Shown: piece after piece, positions 58,624 to 64,000 of the stretch
Layout: each line of letters begins with the position of its first letter
Numbering within the stretch: position 1 is the stretch's first letter
IMG/VR virus record: IMGVR_UViG_3300013117_000236
Span: 4,547-68,546 of that record
From: a virus
DNA length: 64,000 nt
Strand: one strand, 5' to 3'
Position numbers and translations under genes: made by a program
Notes under the pieces: model-generated
What the model was told of the DNA's origin: nothing
Databases searched by the model: none
What the model saw: only the letters and a program-made list of their open reading frames with translations

Positions 58624-59337
58624 TTACACTCCTTTCATATTCCCCCATAATAATACTTGTAATTGTGGTAATACTTTCAGATCTTTTATCTGTGATAATA
58701 ATTCATCGTTCTTAATTGTGTCTATTAATTTAGCATAACTCTTTAATAAGTAATGCAAACTATTAGGTGCACCTGGTGCTGGATTAAGTGTTTGAACTAC
58801 AAATTTCTCATCGGGGTAACTCTTACATAACATCTTGAGAAACTCTAAATCCTTTTCATCACCAACAACAACCTTAATTTCTCTATCAGTAATTAATGGA
58901 TTATTTATAAATCTATTAAATACATCATCATTAAATTTCATTCCTGAACTCGGTGGTTTCGGTGATAATGTTAAATAATCTACTTCACTAAACCAATCCT
59001 TAAATATACTCCCTTGTGTTTCTACTAAAATAAAATAATTAAACGAGTGTAAATAAATAATTAACTCACCTAATTCGTGTATTGCAGGGTTACCTCCACT
59101 AAATACTACACTATTACATCCTAAACTTCCTAGAGCATCTCCTATTGCTTGCTTATTCATCTCTTTCCATTCCTTACCAAATTTTTTCTCATCTCGCGCA
59201 TATTGTGTGTCACACCATTTACAATTAAAATCACAACCGGCGAATCGCACAAATGAAACTAGTTCTCCAATATTGTACCCTTCACCTTGAATTGTCGGTC
59301 CGAATATCTCTACAATCTTGAATAGTTTTTCTTTCAT
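58624..59337 (-). CDS. queE: 7-carboxy-7-deazaguanine synthase (radical SAM)
   Basis: EIFGPTIQGEG, CDFNCKWCDT, SGGNP, ETQG, SPKPPSS, PQLQ. Confidence 0.95.
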   Translation of the reverse strand: MKEKLFKIVEIFGPTIQGEGYNIGELVSFVRFAGCDFNCKWCDTQYARDEKKFGKEWKEMNKQAIGDALGSLGCNSVVFSGGNPAIHELGELIIYLHSFNYFILVETQGSIFKDWFSEVDYLTLSPKPPSSGMKFNDDVFNRFINNPLITDREIKVVVGDEKDLEFLKMLCKSYPDEKFVVQTLNPAPGAPNSLHYLLKSYAKLIDTIKNDELLSQIKDLKVLPQLQVLLWGNMKGV

Positions 59338-59744
59338 GCTAAATGCCCCGTATCCGCATATGAGTTCTCTGTTTCCCAAACTTTAACTCTTATTCCCATT
59401 ATTATCGTTTTAACATCTGCTAATTCTTTTACTATATCTCTAATTTTGAACGCTATACTCTCTGCTGTTGGTTCGTCGTCAAATTTTAAATATTTGCAAC
59501 CACATACGTTAGCAAATCCCACTAAGTTATTATCTTGTTTATTTACTAATAATGCATGGTCAAATTTGTCGTTAATCAACTCTTTAATGTGTCCGAAATC
59601 TATAACCATACCTGTTCTACTATTAATTGAACCATCTATCTCTATCTTTACTCTATATGTATGGCCATGAATATTCTTGCATAAACCTTTATGATGCATT
59701 AACCGGTGTGCCGCGTGAAACTTAATAGTTTTCATTATTTTCAT
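59334..59744 (-). CDS. queD: 6-carboxytetrahydropterin synthase
   Basis: FHAAHRL, CKNIHGHTY, DFG, FDH, PTAE, WET. Confidence 0.95.
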   Translation of the reverse strand: MKIMKTIKFHAAHRLMHHKGLCKNIHGHTYRVKIEIDGSINSRTGMVIDFGHIKELINDKFDHALLVNKQDNNLVGFANVCGCKYLKFDDEPTAESIAFKIRDIVKELADVKTIIMGIRVKVWETENSYADTGHLA

Positions 59745-60011
59745 TTTTTCGCCTCTAAATCGTGAACAATATATTCTATAGTAACAGTTCTTTTAAATAA
59801 AATTTGTATTGCTAACCAAAACCTATCTTTTAATGGTTTCTGCATGTGTGCTGTCATGGTAAATGTCTGTTGACTCATCTTTCCATCTCCTTTCTCAATA
59901 CTTTCCCCATTAACGTGAGAACTTCTCCCTGTTTTTCTATTATCGTAGTTAAGTCGGAATGTTGTTGATGGAGGTAATCCATATATTCTTCCTTACTAAG
60001 TAGTTTTCTAC

Positions 60012-60485
60012 TCATTTCATCCACCTTCCTAATCCCGTTGGTTTGGGTTTATCAATCGGTATTTTATATTTCTTATATAACTTTAAGTCAGTACCCATAA
60101 AATCCATCATCTCTTTAAGCGCTTTCTTATCTTCACATAATTGTAATATCAATGGTTTCATTACCCCTAATTTTTTGTCTGTCCAATTAAAATACTCCTG
60201 TAATCCTCTCATTATAAAATCAAATTCTGCTTCTTTTTCCTTCGACTTTTTCACATAATTAAACCATGGTGCGCGCCTCATTTTGGGTACTGTTCCTATC
60301 ATTATTTTCAATAACATATCATTACCTAAGTGAAACATGTAACGGTCTAACCTTCTCGCAACACCATAAGTTTTACTACTAAAGGATAGGAATCTGTTAA
60401 GTATATAAGGAGGCGATTTTATTTCGCCATCTTTTTTCGTAAACAATATATTTAAATCTTCGTAAAGAGTCATATTCCGTGACAC
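60012..60485 (-). CDS. clamp loader accessory subunit (T4 gp62-like)
   Basis: PYILNRFLS...VPK....NYVKK; near the clamp-loader ATPase; C-terminal GLGRWM PIP-like tail. Confidence 0.6.
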   Translation of the reverse strand: MSRNMTLYEDLNILFTKKDGEIKSPPYILNRFLSFSSKTYGVARRLDRYMFHLGNDMLLKIMIGTVPKMRRAPWFNYVKKSKEKEAEFDFIMRGLQEYFNWTDKKLGVMKPLILQLCEDKKALKEMMDFMGTDLKLYKKYKIPIDKPKPTGLGRWMK

Positions 60486-60916
60486 CTCCTATAATCTTGT
60501 AAAGTATTCTTTTCTCTATTTTTCCATTTTTTAAATATCACATCTTCCTCTTTTTCAATTTCAGGAAATTTTACTCTTGATTTCCAAAGATTTTTCTTTC
60601 GGAAAATACACATTTCTTTAAATATTTCAAATTCTTTTTGTTTGATTGGATGCTTCAACTTTCCTTCTACTAATGAAATAAATTTTAACATGTCTTTAGA
60701 ACTTATACTTAAGTGCATTGAATTCCCACTATTTTGTGGAATAGTACTCTTAATTCCAAAATTTGTTAGTATTTGATGTGTTTTCTCTAATGTTTTTATG
60801 TTAGTTTGGGAAATAAAACACTGCACCATCATACTAGTTGTTCCTCTGGCTATACTAAAACCTCCTTCTCCCTCAAAGAAACCTACTAACCATCCCAAGT
60901 CAAATTCGTTATTCAT
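60470..60916 (-). CDS. LAGLIDADG homing endonuclease (single motif)
   Basis: WLVGFFEGEGGF, ISQT, HPIKQ. Confidence 0.88.
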   Translation of the reverse strand: MNNEFDLGWLVGFFEGEGGFSIARGTTSMMVQCFISQTNIKTLEKTHQILTNFGIKSTIPQNSGNSMHLSISSKDMLKFISLVEGKLKHPIKQKEFEIFKEMCIFRKKNLWKSRVKFPEIEKEEDVIFKKWKNREKNTLQDYRRCHGI

Positions 60917-60920
60917 ATAT

Positions 60921-61907
60921 TTATCCCCATACTTCCTCAAATTTCTTAATGAATGAAAACATTTGGATATCCGGGTCAGCACCCATACTAATCCTAAAAT
61001 CGGCTTCAGCTATTTCCCAGATGGTTTGTCTGCGCCTTTTCTCAAATTCTTCCTCTTTAAACATCACTTCAGCTCTTGTGTTTGCTACATCCGGAGTTAA
61101 CTTTAACGTCTCATCCAAAATATACCGTAACACCTCTCTCGGGTCAAGACCATTTTGAATGATATACTTACGTGCGTTATAGGATTTTCCGCTTTTTAAA
61201 ATACTAAAAAGCTCTTGCTCATGCTCGGTTTTGGTTTTAATTTTGTCTAAAGTTATGTTTGGAGCAAGCTCTTGAAGATGATTTATCATTCGCCTGATAT
61301 CCGGGTAATGGATATCAACAATTTTCTCTATTGCTTTGTATTCAACTTTACCCTTTTCTCCTCCAACTTCCTTTAAACCTTCGTTCACACAAACTAGGGT
61401 TAATTTTGATGCAATATCTAACTTATCAATATCTTTTAACTGCATGTGAATACATCTACTTTTTATAGGGTTAATAATCTTAGTATCATCATTCGCAGTT
61501 AATATGAACTTGCAATTACTAGAATACTTTTCCATAATGAATCGTAATGCATCCTGACTGGCCGAAAGCATGCCATCAAACTCGTCCATAATTACTAATC
61601 GTGGAACACCTTTCTTGCTCCTCATCGTTAGCGCGAAATTTTTAACTCGCCCTCTAATTGTTTCTATTTTACGGTCGTCGGAACTATTTAATACTAAAAC
61701 ATCAGAATTCGGGCAACCTATCTCATGTTGTATCACATAAGCTAAACTTGTCTTTCCTGTACCAGGTGACCTACTTGTAAATAAGAAGTGTGGCATTGCA
61801 ATCGGGTTCTTTGTTAATTCCTTAATGTTTTCTTTAAAGTCTTCGGTAGCAATGTAATCACTCATCTCTTTTGGCCGGTACTTTTCACTCCATACTATGT
61901 CTTTCAT
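60921..61907 (-). CDS. clamp loader ATPase (RFC small / gp44-like)
   Basis: WSEKYRP, PGTGKT, LNSSDDR, MDEFD, SRC, DIRRMIN. Confidence 0.95.
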   Translation of the reverse strand: MKDIVWSEKYRPKEMSDYIATEDFKENIKELTKNPIAMPHFLFTSRSPGTGKTSLAYVIQHEIGCPNSDVLVLNSSDDRKIETIRGRVKNFALTMRSKKGVPRLVIMDEFDGMLSASQDALRFIMEKYSSNCKFILTANDDTKIINPIKSRCIHMQLKDIDKLDIASKLTLVCVNEGLKEVGGEKGKVEYKAIEKIVDIHYPDIRRMINHLQELAPNITLDKIKTKTEHEQELFSILKSGKSYNARKYIIQNGLDPREVLRYILDETLKLTPDVANTRAEVMFKEEEFEKRRRQTIWEIAEADFRISMGADPDIQMFSFIKKFEEVWG

Positions 61908-62128
61908 TTTTTCAGTCTCCTCATCGCTCTCAATAAACCATCCAAATAAAATTCCATTGCAAAAAGAATGGTTTCTGGGTCTTTATTTTTCAATCTAATC
62001 CATCTTTGCATATTATTAACTTCATCTAAAAGTGTATCTGTATGCTCATCAGTACCAAACTCTTCTACAATATTATCAATTTGTTCTTTTACTCTTCTCG
62101 CTATCTTATAAACTTCTTCTTTATTCAT
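61904..62128 (-). CDS. hypothetical protein
   Basis: ATGA-coupled to the clamp loader gene. Confidence 0.55.
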   Translation of the reverse strand: MNKEEVYKIARRVKEQIDNIVEEFGTDEHTDTLLDEVNNMQRWIRLKNKDPETILFAMEFYLDGLLRAMRRLKK

Positions 62129-62296
62129 ATTCTAACACCTATTGCTTTCATACCTTTCTTCATTTTATCTGTTACCTTAACTTTAACTGTTCCTTTCATT
62201 CTAACATTATGTCCCATCATACTATGTGCGTCAGCTCTCTTTTGACAACACATCTTTTCCTTGCATGTTTCACAATAATAATGTGGTTTAGTCATA

Positions 62297-62530
62297 TTAA
62301 ATTACCATTATAATATCTCTTTTAGTCCAAATAATTTTCATTCCATCTATTTCTGAAACATTTGTTTGGCCAATATGAAGTTCTAATGCTTCTTCTTTTA
62401 ATTTCTGTTTAAATACCTCATGTAATATTACATGAGTAGGTTCCACACCAGTATTCTCATAGTAATCTTTACGTCCAGCTCGTATTGTTCCTAATAAAGT
62501 ATCTTTAAACTGTAAATCTTCAAATTTCAT
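62297..62530 (-). CDS. hypothetical protein
   Basis: operon spacing. Confidence 0.5.
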   Translation of the reverse strand: MKFEDLQFKDTLLGTIRAGRKDYYENTGVEPTHVILHEVFKQKLKEEALELHIGQTNVSEIDGMKIIWTKRDIIMVI

Positions 62531-62531
62531 A

Positions 62532-62750
62532 TTATTGCCTCGGATTTATATAGTCCCTATCAAGTGGTGAAACTAATTTACCAACCATGTAAACGAACTT
62601 CAACGCCAAATCAGGGTCAACCTCTTTTAATATATTAAATATCTTTCTCTGGTCTATACTTAAAGGGTTAGCGAAGAACTTTCTTCCTTCTATTTTTAGT
62701 ACAATTGTACCTTCAGGCCTCTTTATCGCTTTCTGCATCTCCACCATCAC
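62532..62750 (-). CDS. hypothetical protein
   Basis: overlaps the end of the clamp gene. Confidence 0.5.
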   Translation of the reverse strand: MMVEMQKAIKRPEGTIVLKIEGRKFFANPLSIDQRKIFNILKEVDPDLALKFVYMVGKLVSPLDRDYINPRQ

Positions 62751-63450
62751 CTTCTGCCATAGGCGCTAAATATATTTTTCGTTTAATTTTATTTGCTTTT
62801 TCTATAAACATTACTGGATGGTCTGTTTTTGTATTCATTTGTATCAAACCTTCTGTCATTGACTCTATAATCTGCTTGAAGTACTTACTATTTAATTCTA
62901 CTTTAGATTCGTGTTTAACTGTGGCACTTTTAGAAGTAGTAGATATTATGTGGTCATCTGATTTCATCTTAAGTGTTATTTCAGCAGGTTTAGTTATAAT
63001 GAACATAGATGTTCCCAAAAATGTACTCACATCCTTAGTGAACTCCTGTAATGTACCTGTATCCATTGTAAATGTATCCTGCCCGAAATCTAATTCACTG
63101 GACTCAATTGATGTTCTACCAATAAAATCAGGGTCGGCAAGTTTGGTTTCTATTGTTTTACCTTTTCCCTTTAACATTAATATGTTCTTATTAATGTTCA
63201 TTTCAACTTCATCTTTGAATCTACTAATAAACTTTATCAAAAGTGGCACATCTTTCACACCAATCTCACCAACTGCTTCATAACCTTGTATGTCACCTAT
63301 ACTCATATTTGAAGAAACTATTATGAGATTACTCATATCATCAAAACATTTAATACTATCCTTATCAAAATTAAGTATTGTTTTTTCTATGGCTCCATTT
63401 AACGTTGCCTTTTTTAGAAATTCTAATATATCTTTAGTTTTTACAATCAT
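62713..63450 (-). CDS. sliding clamp (PCNA/gp45-like)
   Basis: 245 aa, two-domain alpha/beta pattern, ends IYLAPM; near clamp loader; PolB ends with PIP-like QDLGKWF. Confidence 0.72.
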   Translation of the reverse strand: MIVKTKDILEFLKKATLNGAIEKTILNFDKDSIKCFDDMSNLIIVSSNMSIGDIQGYEAVGEIGVKDVPLLIKFISRFKDEVEMNINKNILMLKGKGKTIETKLADPDFIGRTSIESSELDFGQDTFTMDTGTLQEFTKDVSTFLGTSMFIITKPAEITLKMKSDDHIISTTSKSATVKHESKVELNSKYFKQIIESMTEGLIQMNTKTDHPVMFIEKANKIKRKIYLAPMAEGDGGDAESDKEA

Positions 63451-63451
63451 A

Positions 63452-63751
63452 TCATCTCCTCAAAAACTTCCTTACTTTTTGCCAAAAGGCAAGTTCTGGT
63501 ATTTTATCTAATTCAGTAGCAGAAGATAATGTCGACCCTGTCATTCCTGTTGTTGGTAAATCTGATTCTTCAAACGGTCCACCTTTAGCTAACCAGTTAA
63601 TATACTTCCTCCTGATTCTGGAATATGTTGGTATGTTAGAAACTTTATATATGTCTTTCATCCGTTCTTCTATTTGTCTGTATGATATTCCATTGTTACG
63701 CATTACATGTATTGAATTCAACTGTTGATTAGTTAGTTCTTTCTTTTTCAT
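63452..63751 (-). CDS. HTH DNA-binding protein
   Basis: MRNNGISYRQIEERM. Confidence 0.55.
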   Translation of the reverse strand: MKKKELTNQQLNSIHVMRNNGISYRQIEERMKDIYKVSNIPTYSRIRRKYINWLAKGGPFEESDLPTTGMTGSTLSSATELDKIPELAFWQKVRKFLRR

Positions 63752-63752
63752 A

Positions 63753-63962
63753 TCAGTTTCTCCCTAGTATCCATAATATTAGCGCTACAATTCCTAATAC
63801 CGCTAAAATTACGAGAATGACAAAGAATATTATCCATAGTACGAACCAAAATCCACTCCATGCAATATCCCAAGCATCGTCAAATGTTAATTGTCCTACT
63901 AATATAGCTACACACATCAACGCGAACAGTCCTACGATGAAATATCCTATATATCCTTTCAT
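63753..63962 (-). CDS. small membrane protein
   Basis: two hydrophobic helices; GGAGG RBS. Confidence 0.6.
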   Translation of the reverse strand: MKGYIGYFIVGLFALMCVAILVGQLTFDDAWDIAWSGFWFVLWIIFFVILVILAVLGIVALILWILGRN

Positions 63963-64000
63963 TTTTTCCCTCCTGTCTTAATCTTCTCCAAATCTCCTGT

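Overview
The window is most of the genome of an AT-rich tailed (Caudoviricetes-like) virus that almost certainly infects an archaeon: it has TATA-box promoters, GGAGGTGA ribosome-binding sites, a family B DNA polymerase, an AEP primase, an RFC-type clamp loader, an ERCC4 nuclease and an MCM-like ATPase. Layout: minus-strand early genes and a SNF2 helicase (1-7.7 kb); a largely non-coding control region with a symmetric inverted-repeat element (5.7-8.2 kb); a plus-strand arm (8.2-50.5 kb) with terminase, portal, protease, HK97-type capsid and siphovirus-like tail genes, interrupted by a ~16 kb glycan synthesis/methylation/sulfation island; and a minus-strand replication arm (50.6-64 kb) with a 7-deazaguanine cluster (queD-queE-queC-TGT/DpdA-like-folE) next to polB. 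The most striking observation is a 544-nt stretch (7333-7876) with no G on the + strand. It holds a complete small transcription unit whose template strand is G-free, in a virus predicted to modify guanines. Also notable: a LAGLIDADG domain inserted in frame in QueC without intein motifs, secreted sequon-rich proteins among the structural genes, a probable minimal PAPS pathway, three tandem tail-collar paralogues, two candidate structured RNAs and apparent GATC avoidance. All product calls come from motif recognition by eye; no searches were run.
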